DNA from: an uncultured virus (IMG/VR IMGVR_UViG_3300030099_001885)
Taxonomy: Duplodnaviria; Heunggongvirae; Uroviricota; Caudoviricetes
Reading direction: 5' to 3' (one strand)
DNA: 20,000 nt
Virus record (IMG/VR): IMGVR_UViG_3300030099_001885
Coordinates: 47,273-67,272 of that record
A program made the translations under genes and the position numbers. Position 1 is the stretch's first letter. The number at the start of each line of letters is the position of its first letter. Below the pieces are notes generated by a model. That model searched no databases. It was not told the origin of the DNA and saw only the letters and a list, made by a program, of their open reading frames with translations. This document shows, one piece after another, positions 6,516-15,516 of this stretch.

Positions 6516-9500
6516 GCGTGCATCAAAAGATTGCAATTCCTACGTTATCCGGTGGGGTTGGGCGACAGGCTAGCAATAAACGTTTGCCTACGGAAGCTCA
6601 AGATTTAGATAATGTTTTAGTTACAACAGAAAGATCTATTGAAAAACGACCTCCTCTAGAATGGATTGCTGGGGGCGATATTATCTACAGCGATAACTCT
6701 ACATTTGCACCCGGATCTTTATTGTTTAATATCTTAGATGATGGAAGCAGATATGTTCCAAATCAAAACGATGATATCTTTTTTAAATGGATTTCTATTG
6801 ATCAAGATAATAGATTTTTAATTGCAATTAATTTTAGTTTAGCTTTAGGTGAAGACGGATTTACTGATGACATTAAAAAGAAATTTATTACGGTATGGAA
6901 ATTAAATAAGTCAAGAAAAAGAATGGACTTGCAAACATTCGATACTTCTTCTATTACTAGATCTCACTATAACTATTTAACAGCTAATCCAGATGGTGTA
7001 AAATCTTCAGAAGCTCTATCCTTTGCTTTATTTGGCACTGCTTTAATTGCATTAAATAACCAAGTATCAGCTGGATATAGAGAGGGAGCCGTAAAAACTG
7101 TTTTAAACGCTTATACAACTATTAGTCATGACCCTTCGTTGGATAGCAGTAACTATACATTTACAATTAGATCTAATTTAGATAATGGTATCTTTGATTC
7201 TTTTACCCTGCAAGATCAATCTACTGTTCCTCAAGATGTTAATACAACTCATCAAGGTTTTCCTTTTAATGATTTTTATACAGGTGGTATACAACCTGAA
7301 ACATTTATTTTAAATTTATATACTGATTCGTTAAGAACTAGTTTACAGGGCGTATATAAGTTAATTAACTTTAAAGAGCCAACAGATAAGTTTAAATTAA
7401 AACGAGATGATTTAGAGTTAGTTTCAGGTACTTTCCCTACATCAGAAGCTAATTTTTTCTGGGAGGTTGTTACTCGTGTTCCTGATGTTAGAGGAAAGGG
7501 TATACAATATAGAGTATCTGCACTTCCTGATACTAAAAATCTTGTGCCTATTTCAGAAACCACGTTGCTCTCGTCTTTAGATGTAAATCCTACTACTAAA
7601 CTATTTGATGGTGATCAAGCTATTCCCAGAATGCAGTTAGTTAATAACTTTACAGGAGATACTTTGGCTGGTAATGCTAAAGATCCTAGCACTGCTGCTG
7701 CTAATGATACTTACTTTGCTGACAAGTTTTTTATTAGCCGTGGTTCTGTGCAGTATGCCGTAGAGTTAAATGAGTTTGATACTACTTTAAGTGCAGGCGA
7801 TGTAGCCTTACAACCAATTCCTGCAGGTGCTAGTAATCGAGCTATAGGTTTATCTGATTTAAAAGTTACTCAAAAACTTAGACCTTTAACTGCCTTTACT
7901 ATTGCTAATGATAGCACTAATGGTATGGGATCTAATGGTAGCGGAACAATTAATGATGCTGGTGTAATTGTTACTGCGGATGGTGCCTCTGCCGTAGATG
8001 AAACTAAAACTATTGCGGATTTAAAAAATCTAATTGAAAACTCTGGTGCTGATGCTACCATTAAAATTGACAGTAGTACTAATCGTCTTTCTATTGTAGA
8101 TGATAGCCAAGAAAATCTTGTCTTGTTAGCTACTGGCGAAAACTTTAACAGCAATCAACAGGGCAATCAAAACTTTGTAGAATCTTTGGGTTTAGGGAAT
8201 AGTAATTCTAAAGCTTTGCGTACAATCAACAAAGATAAAGATATTTTTAATGATTTATTTAATGAAGATGGTACTAAATTAATTCCTAATACTGGCTATG
8301 TAAATAATATTCGTCTTTTTACAAGACAGGTTAGCCCCATGTTGGGTACATTTGTTGACACATCTTCTTATAAAATTAATCTAGCTACTCCAGATAGAAT
8401 TTTAAATTTAGCTACACTAAATGATTTGGCAAGATTTATTAGTGACGATACAAAAGATAATACCGATGATGAGCGGGGTGTGTATGCTCTTTGTTATGCT
8501 GATAATAACTTAGATGTTTTAGATTCTACTAATAACTCAGACGAAAGTGTTGGGCTTCAGGTTTTAACATTTAAAGATTCAACAGGTAAAGAACCTACTG
8601 ATGAAGGTTTTGATGCAAAGAAAAGAACTACAGTTTTTGTAGAAGATATTGCTAATACTGTTACTGCAGATCAAGCAACTCAAGAGGTTCCTTCTGCAAA
8701 CTTTGCTGCTCTGCTAGGTATTCGTAATTTAACTCGCGATCATAAGCTTGTTGTAGAAGATAAGAACTTTAATATTTCACAACAAACAGACTTAGGTCAA
8801 TCTGTTGTATCATTTCAAAATGTTCCTATTCCTACAGAAGAAAACGATACTATTAAAGTAAATAATGCAGAAGATACTTTATTTTCTTTGTATGAAAATG
8901 GTTCTTTGCCCACCAATGCTACGTTTTCTAGTTTGGGTAGAGGCAAGGTTTATGAGTGCCGTGAACGATTCTTTGATTTTACACCCGGATTCTACCGTGC
9001 AGTAAGAGAGCCTGACAGAGGCAATCCATACTATGAAAAGGTGAGAGCAGAATCACGATATTCTGTATGGGATGCGAACACATTACCCATTGTTATTGAT
9101 TTTGACTCTGCTAATCAATCATGGAAGTTGCGTACACCCTCATGGCAACCAAGATTATCAGGAGATTTAACTAGTAATCCGGGTCCATCGCCCTTTATTG
9201 ATAGCACTGATACTAATAATCGGATTCGGCGGCGTATTACTGCTATTACTACATGGAGAAATAGACTATGGTTTGCTATTGATGATACTATTTTCTCTTC
9301 AGAGTTTGGTAACTTCTTTAATCTGTTCTTAACAGACCCCGGAACTATTGTAGATAGTGATGTAATTGATGTTAGGTCTTCTATTGACAAAGTATCTAAG
9401 ATTAATAACATGATTTCTTTCTATGACTTCTTGTTTATTAACACAGATAATGATGTACAGTTTGAATTACAGGGATCTGAAAATCAAATCACTCCGTTTA

Positions 9501-10774
9501 CAGCAGAGTTGTCGCCTACTACGTTTTACTCAACTGATCCTATTGCTAAACCGCAGTTGTTAGGTTCTCAAATTTACTTTTTTGCCCCACAAAAAGTATA
9601 CTTGTATTACTCTACAGCAAATAAAAATGTAATTACGCAGGCAATAGAAACTTCTGCTCATTGTGGAGGATATCTTCCGACTAACTATGGGTCTATTACT
9701 AGAGCACCAGCTCAAGATCTTATTGCTATGGTAGATGCTGATGCACCAAACAATTTGTATTTTTATGTAAACAAATTTACGGGAGACAAGATTCAACAAA
9801 ATGCTCTGTATAGATATATCTTTGATGAAAACCTGCAGGTTGATGCTATGGAATCATTTGATAACTTTATTTATATGGTAGCCACTAGACCGTACACAGA
9901 CCAAGATGGCAATGTTACTCGGCAGTTCTTTATACATAGGACATTCTTAGAAGAAGCCGATATTAATCAGCCTCGATTAGACAATCTTATGCTTGTTGCA
10001 CCTGATGGTACAGGAGATGATGCTACAATTAGCTATGATGCAGCTACTAATAAGACTACATTTATTTTACCTATGCAAGATCCTAATATAGATACTGCGG
10101 TGTTTAGTGAAAACTTGTTTAGAGAAAGTGGAAATAATAATGTACAGTTCCAAAGTCCCGAAGTTACTGTATCAGAGTTAACTCCGGGTCAAAGAACCAG
10201 AGTTATTATAGATGGTAACTTTAATGATGTAGTGACTACCATTGATAATCAAGGCAGCATTAATGATGAAATTGTAATTCAAGAAACCCAAGGTTTAATT
10301 AATGATAATTTTATAGGAAGTTCTGAAGATCAGGGTTTCTTGCTGGCTCCTATTGATGGCGGTAGTGTAGGTGTTTTATTTGGTTCTAAATATGATATGA
10401 ATGTTGAGTTATCTACTCAATTTATTAGAGATAATGAAATGAATGCTGTAGATGGTGTATTAAATCTAAGGACTATTTCTACTAGATATTCTGATACCGG
10501 AATATATAGCATTAAAGTTCAAAGAAAAGGCGAAGAAAACTTTGCCAGTATTACTACAAAAAGAAATCCTTTCTACAAAAATGTTCTTAATAGTAAAACA
10601 ACCCTAGATCAGGTTGTTCCCATTGATGCAGAGGGAGAGTTTATTGCTAAAGTGTTTGGTGATTCTGAACGTATGAAGGTATTTATTACAAGTGATCACT
10701 ATACTCCATGCAATATTACGCATATTGAATTTAAAGGTGTCTTCAAACAGACCTACAGATCGGGTCAAAACTAA
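6512..10774 (+). CDS. Tail tubular protein B / nozzle (T7 gp12-like), greatly enlarged (1420 aa)
   Basis: N-terminal 'IPTLSGGVGRQ...R...EAQDLDN.......IEKRPP'; 'W.PR.SGD..SNP.PS', 'WRNRLWF', 'SEFGNFFN.F', 'DSDVIDV', 'PRLDN', 'G.LNLR'; C-terminal 'ITSDHYTPCNITHIEFKG'; ATGA overlap with tubA. Confidence 0.9.
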   Translation: MSVHQKIAIPTLSGGVGRQASNKRLPTEAQDLDNVLVTTERSIEKRPPLEWIAGGDIIYSDNSTFAPGSLLFNILDDGSRYVPNQNDDIFFKWISIDQDNRFLIAINFSLALGEDGFTDDIKKKFITVWKLNKSRKRMDLQTFDTSSITRSHYNYLTANPDGVKSSEALSFALFGTALIALNNQVSAGYREGAVKTVLNAYTTISHDPSLDSSNYTFTIRSNLDNGIFDSFTLQDQSTVPQDVNTTHQGFPFNDFYTGGIQPETFILNLYTDSLRTSLQGVYKLINFKEPTDKFKLKRDDLELVSGTFPTSEANFFWEVVTRVPDVRGKGIQYRVSALPDTKNLVPISETTLLSSLDVNPTTKLFDGDQAIPRMQLVNNFTGDTLAGNAKDPSTAAANDTYFADKFFISRGSVQYAVELNEFDTTLSAGDVALQPIPAGASNRAIGLSDLKVTQKLRPLTAFTIANDSTNGMGSNGSGTINDAGVIVTADGASAVDETKTIADLKNLIENSGADATIKIDSSTNRLSIVDDSQENLVLLATGENFNSNQQGNQNFVESLGLGNSNSKALRTINKDKDIFNDLFNEDGTKLIPNTGYVNNIRLFTRQVSPMLGTFVDTSSYKINLATPDRILNLATLNDLARFISDDTKDNTDDERGVYALCYADNNLDVLDSTNNSDESVGLQVLTFKDSTGKEPTDEGFDAKKRTTVFVEDIANTVTADQATQEVPSANFAALLGIRNLTRDHKLVVEDKNFNISQQTDLGQSVVSFQNVPIPTEENDTIKVNNAEDTLFSLYENGSLPTNATFSSLGRGKVYECRERFFDFTPGFYRAVREPDRGNPYYEKVRAESRYSVWDANTLPIVIDFDSANQSWKLRTPSWQPRLSGDLTSNPGPSPFIDSTDTNNRIRRRITAITTWRNRLWFAIDDTIFSSEFGNFFNLFLTDPGTIVDSDVIDVRSSIDKVSKINNMISFYDFLFINTDNDVQFELQGSENQITPFTAELSPTTFYSTDPIAKPQLLGSQIYFFAPQKVYLYYSTANKNVITQAIETSAHCGGYLPTNYGSITRAPAQDLIAMVDADAPNNLYFYVNKFTGDKIQQNALYRYIFDENLQVDAMESFDNFIYMVATRPYTDQDGNVTRQFFIHRTFLEEADINQPRLDNLMLVAPDGTGDDATISYDAATNKTTFILPMQDPNIDTAVFSENLFRESGNNNVQFQSPEVTVSELTPGQRTRVIIDGNFNDVVTTIDNQGSINDEIVIQETQGLINDNFIGSSEDQGFLLAPIDGGSVGVLFGSKYDMNVELSTQFIRDNEMNAVDGVLNLRTISTRYSDTGIYSIKVQRKGEENFASITTKRNPFYKNVLNSKTTLDQVVPIDAEGEFIAKVFGDSERMKVFITSDHYTPCNITHIEFKGVFKQTYRSGQN

Positions 10775-10785
10775 GGAGTTAATAT

Positions 10786-12018
10786 ATGGCTAGTAGAGTA
10801 CAAAAGCGTAGAGGAAGTAAAGCAGATCATAGTGCTTTTACAACAGGTGCAGCAGGTGAAATTACGGTAGAAATGCCAGCTAACAGAAACTTTACTGCAA
10901 CTGATGGTACAAGAGAGTTTGGTGCTATTCATTTGCATTATGGAGATGGTCAAATTGGTGACAGATTACCTGTAGGTGAAGAGCTTAATAACCAAGTTAG
11001 AACCGTAGTAGATGAACAAAAATTCTTAGCTCGTATTACTCACTTTAAACCTTTAAATGCTGACTACAGTACAACAACTCCTAATGCCTTGCCTAACCGA
11101 TTCCTGTACGCTTGGGAAGAAGTATCTTTAGGCAGCACCTTTTATGACGTAGCTCAGATCTGGACTCTTACAATCGCTACGAATGCAGCAGGTTCTGCAG
11201 GAGATCATACTATTAAAATCCCTAATAGTTCTGGTGCATTCCAAACTGTTACTACAGCAGATATTGCTAATAACGAAACTCCAGAAAACGCCGCAATTAA
11301 AATCTTTGACGATCTTCATGATTTAGATGATAGTGCTGATGGTGGTTCATTAAAACTTTGTGTTAGTGAAGCTTCAGAAAGCGGAGTATATCGCATTGAG
11401 AGATCTGGTGCTGTGCTTACATTTACTGCACTCGGTGATTATAAAGGCCATAGACCTACTCCTCAGTTTAGTACGACCGATGGTAGTCAAACAGGAACAG
11501 TGGCAATTACAACTGAAGGACAGTCTAATGTGCCGCAGGTTAATATTGCAAATGCTGACTTAGCAAGAGAGTCAGATACAGCCACGGGTGGTACTCACCT
11601 TGATGCTGCTCTTAATATTCATGAATTAATGAATGATAAAGATTTTGTGTTCCCCGGTATTCGTACTACTCCGGGTCAAGACGCAGATGGAGACTGGCCT
11701 ACAAATGCTAGAGTTATTCCTATTGGGGGTGTAGCATCTTATGTTTCTGGTTCTGGTAATAACCAAGCAGAAACTGAATCAGAAAGTGGTACAGCTTATG
11801 AGTCAACTAGTTCTGAAACTTCTAATACAAACTTAGGATTTACATCTAATTCTGAGGGTTGGCGATTAGTAGATGAACAAGTTGTTGTTGAAATGACTGA
11901 ACGTAGAAAACTTGTAGTGGGAACTGCTACAGATACTACAGCAGGTCGTACTGGAACAGACGGCATTAGTCGTTTGTATTACTTCTGTGCAACTAATGCT
12001 CTTGTAGGACCGTGTTGA
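10786..12018 (+). CDS. Tail fibre/receptor-binding-associated protein with Mtd_N-like N-terminal domain
   Basis: N-terminus MASRVQKRRGSKADHSAFTTGAAGEITVE closely resembles the Bordetella phage BPP-1 Mtd N-terminal motif (VQFRGGTTAQHATFTGAAREITVD, from recall); TAAGGAG RBS; T/S/G-rich. Confidence 0.7.
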   Translation: MASRVQKRRGSKADHSAFTTGAAGEITVEMPANRNFTATDGTREFGAIHLHYGDGQIGDRLPVGEELNNQVRTVVDEQKFLARITHFKPLNADYSTTTPNALPNRFLYAWEEVSLGSTFYDVAQIWTLTIATNAAGSAGDHTIKIPNSSGAFQTVTTADIANNETPENAAIKIFDDLHDLDDSADGGSLKLCVSEASESGVYRIERSGAVLTFTALGDYKGHRPTPQFSTTDGSQTGTVAITTEGQSNVPQVNIANADLARESDTATGGTHLDAALNIHELMNDKDFVFPGIRTTPGQDADGDWPTNARVIPIGGVASYVSGSGNNQAETESESGTAYESTSSETSNTNLGFTSNSEGWRLVDEQVVVEMTERRKLVVGTATDTTAGRTGTDGISRLYYFCATNALVGPC

Positions 12019-12019
12019 T

Positions 12020-14874
12020 ATGCCGTCTTCTGATATTACTAAACGATGTTGTCCAGAGTTTTTTAAATGCACTCGATGTGACACTAGTTGTTTTGCTGCA
12101 GAGATTGCCTACATTTCTACAACAGTATTTGAAGGCGTNNNNNNNNNNTTAAGTCACAGTTTGATGACTGCGATCCAGCAGGAACTAGTGGCGATAAACT
12201 AGGCTGGCTTGTTGATAGAAGCACTAGTACTAACTCGCCACCAAAAGATGCTTTAATTCTTACTGGAGTATCAGGTAGTGACTTATATGATGCAGTAGGT
12301 AGTCCCGGTGCAGGCGGTGATCCTTGTGATAATATTCTAGATGAGTCTGTTGCTCAGGATAATGAGCTGTGGGTTGTGGTATGTCTTTGTAATAAGAATG
12401 ATTATTTCCAAATACTAGGCGGCGGTACAAGTGCATCTAAAGTAGATACGGCTAATAATTTAAAGGCGTTAAAAAATAAATACAACTGTACCGGCGATAG
12501 CCATACAACTACTTGTGCAAGACAACAATACTATGCCTTTAATGTTATCGGTGCCACTATTGATGGATCAACTAATAATGCAACTAATCCTTTAGATATT
12601 GGCGATTATATTACATTGTCTGGTTCTTTAGTTGATGTTAGTGGTAATGCTGCTGCAGTTTATGGAACTCCAAGCAGCTCTACTGCTGATGATACTCAGG
12701 CTGGATTAGTTGGCAATGGCTCAGGTGGTGTAAAAAGTGCTTCATTACCAGAAGATATTTTTAGAGTTATAGATAGAACAAAACAAATTAAACCAGACTG
12801 TGCAACAGTTTCAGATAACTTTGTTGCAAGATTAAAGTATCCTTATAAAATTGATGCTTATGTTAATAGTCCTGTAGTTAAAACCCATGCAACAGGTGGA
12901 ACATCAGCTGGTAGTGCTTATGCGTATTTAGAAAACTGTCAAGATTGTTTGCAAGCATACTTTGGTTTTATGTTAGGAGACTCTAGTAGAACTACTAAAG
13001 GTCTTGATGACATTATTGATATTACAGATACTACCTTTAGTGATACTCTTAGTGATTGTCCTTCAACTTGGCCATGTAGTGTACAAATTGCAAGAACATA
13101 TTCTATTGACTGTACCATAGCAGATAATTTTTCAGATGGAAATAATTTTGCTAGACCCATAACACCTTCTAATCCATCAGAAGCTCCAGATTTATTACCG
13201 TCAATTGATGGTGCTGCAATTTGTAATGATGGTCCAGATAGCCCCGGTCTTGGGAGAAGTATAGGATTAGATTATGAACAAGCTCCGGGCAGAAATAGTT
13301 TAGAAGGTCATAATTTATCAGAGAATATTATTGGAGCTGATAGAAGTATTAAAGATACAAGTGGAAACAATGTTAATAATTTTAAACCTCAGACAATTAC
13401 TATTACTGCAGAGTATAAAAGAAATATAGTTATTGATCAAACTCCTCTTGTATCTACTCCATGTCCTGATGGAAGAAGAATTAATTCTACTATTGATTTT
13501 GACTATACTTTAAATAGCGTATCTGTTAGTACGGATGTTACGTCAAATAAGGGTACTATTGTAGCGTCTATTTTATCAAGCTCAGATAATGCATTAAGTG
13601 CAGGTATTGCTAATCCTCCATTAATTCCTTGTGTTACTAACGTACAGGGAAATAGATGTGGAAGTACTCCTCCGGGTGGTTTTGATTTTGAAACAAATGA
13701 AAGATTTAAATATCGAACAGATATTAATATTTTAGATGCACCTCCAATTGGTTACAATAGTGCAACAAATACATATAAAGGTAGGTTGTATATTCAGCGA
13801 CCAGATACAGGTGAAATTACTCCTTTCTATAAATATATTGGATATTACGGAAATCATTTAGCAGATGTTCCGGGTGTTAGAGCAGATGGAACAACCGCAG
13901 CAGATGGTTTTCCAGATAATTATATTTTACCTCAAAATGATGAAGCTAGATTTACAAGGATAGAAAGAAATATTTTTCAAAGAGATGCATCTTTAATAGG
14001 CAAAGCGGTTGATGAGGTTATTCCTTTTGCTCCGTATATTGAACTAGCTGCTGGTTTTAATGTTAATGGATTTAATCATATTAAACAAAAAACTAGAGAC
14101 GGAGAAATAAACGATACAACAGCAGGTCGTAGTGATTTGCAGACTGTTACTGTGGATGCGGAAGCATTTAAAGTATATCCCGGTAATTCTAATACATCTA
14201 AAATTACATTTGGTGCTGCAGGTACAGATGGATTTAGTTTAACAGGCTTGCCTTTTTATTTTGACTCTTATTGTACATCTTTAGGTAGTATGCAAGCCTG
14301 TACACTTCAAAAAGCTTTATCTGTGTACTCTGATTTAGTTGGTAATGATAATGATGTTAACAGGAGATTTTTCAGTAGAGGCAATCAAAACTTTATTGAA
14401 GATCTAGAAGATCAAGATACATGTGAAGATGCGCAACACGTTAGTCCATTTAGAGATGATGGTAGCGGCGATCTAGATCTTTCAGAAGTATGCGGAGTTT
14501 TACCGATATTCTGTCAAGATATTTATAGGTTTAGCACTGATGCACATATGATTACTGCTAGTTATAATAATGAATTAACTAGAATGAATGGATCTCGTAC
14601 AGGAGCTGATGGAGCCGATGATGATGATACTATAGATGGTACAAATATTTTACGATATGTAGGCAACGGTGTTAATTTTAGAAATAGTGGACTTAGCGGT
14701 AATGCTGAGGAAGCTGTGGGTATTGATAGTGAATGGACATCAGTATTTATCACGGCACAAGATCCATGGTGTCGTAGCTGTGAGGGTTGTATTAGTAAAG
14801 TAACTCCATTCACTGAGGGCAGTCCAGATAATTATCTTAATCTGGGTATTCTTGATCGACAAGTAGCAACATAA
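12020..14874 (+). CDS. Large cysteine-rich putative tail/adhesin protein (>=~945 aa) interrupted by an assembly gap
   Basis: ATG12020 (MPSSDITKRCCPEFFKCTRCDTSC...) reads into Ns at 12139-12148. After the gap, the frame of ORF 12376..14874 is open from 12151 (KSQFDDCDPAG...NELWVVVCLC). About 29 Cys in visible sequence. Confidence 0.7.
12139..12148. other. Scaffolding gap (10 N placeholder)
   Basis: Run of 10 N; the frame changes across it, so its true length is unknown. Confidence 0.98.
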
Positions 14875-14883
14875 GGAGAATAT

Positions 14884-15177
14884 ATGTCCAAGGCAATTCA
14901 AACACTAAGTTTTTTAGATGACGATCAAACTGTAAAAAGTTTAAAAATTGTAGTTAACGATGACTATTCTGTTGCAGTAGATTGGATTAACGATAAAGGT
15001 CATATTGTAGAGTCACCAAAAAAAGAAACACTAGGTGATAAGGCTGAACGGTTAATAGATGGATTAACCGGCGGCATGTTAAAGAAGTGTGGCGGCTGTG
15101 CTCGTCGCAAAGCAATGTTAGATAAGTTAGGAGCTTTAAATGAACAAGTTACAGATACTACAAGAAATGTTGATTGA
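14884..15177 (+). CDS. Small CxxC protein (LGD...CGGCxxR motif)
   Basis: 97 aa, TAAGGAG RBS; C-terminal 'TLGDKAERLIDGLTGGMLKKCGGCARRKAMLD', a motif recurrent in phage tail regions (recall). Confidence 0.7.
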   Translation: MSKAIQTLSFLDDDQTVKSLKIVVNDDYSVAVDWINDKGHIVESPKKETLGDKAERLIDGLTGGMLKKCGGCARRKAMLDKLGALNEQVTDTTRNVD

Positions 15178-15352
15178 TGCGTTGATTGAAGATCTTAACG
15201 ATCCAACTATTAGAGGCCCGGGTTTGTATGGAGTAGTCCGTGGTGTCATTAATGACCACAAAGAGGATGTAAATATTCTTCCGCAAAATACTATTAAAGA
15301 GATCGAAGATGCTATGTCCTCGGCTGCTCCGTTTAAGATAGAGGCAGTCTAA
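15140..15352 (+). CDS. terS: Terminase small subunit (T7 gp18-like)
   Basis: 'LIEDLNDPTIRGPGLYGVVRGVINDHK' aligns by eye with T7 gp18 'MLADLSDHERRSPQLYNAINKLLDRHK'; upstream of TerL; AGGAG RBS. Confidence 0.75.
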   Translation: MNKLQILQEMLIDALIEDLNDPTIRGPGLYGVVRGVINDHKEDVNILPQNTIKEIEDAMSSAAPFKIEAV

Positions 15353-15516
15353 TGAATGAGTTAGTATTTATTGAGCTAGTTATTGGTGGCGGCATTATTA
15401 ACTTTCTATGGCAGATTCAAAAAGAACTTGGCAAGATAAATGCTAACTTAACTAACTTACATCATATTGTAGAGGATCATGAGAATAGATTGAGGGCGAT
15501 TGAAGGAGAGCACTAA
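15352..15516 (+). CDS. Small TM + coiled-coil protein, 54 aa (MNELVFIELVIGGGIINFLWQIQKELGKINANLTNLHHIVEDHENRLRAIEGEH); holin-/spanin-like
   Basis: Not in ORF track. TAATG overlaps at both ends, filling the terS-terL gap exactly; hydrophobic N-terminus then a heptad pattern ending DHENRLRAIE. Confidence 0.75.
   Translation: MNELVFIELVIGGGIINFLWQIQKELGKINANLTNLHHIVEDHENRLRAIEGEH

Noticed and set aside
12020..12202. Stand-alone 60-aa ORF or pseudogene frameshift
   Set aside because: The frame change coincides with an N placeholder, so an assembly artefact is the simplest explanation.
10786..14874. Diversity-generating retroelement suggested by the Mtd-like N-terminus
   Set aside because: Similarity is limited to the Mtd N-terminal anchor; no reverse transcriptase, C-type-lectin variable region or TR/VR pair seen in the window.
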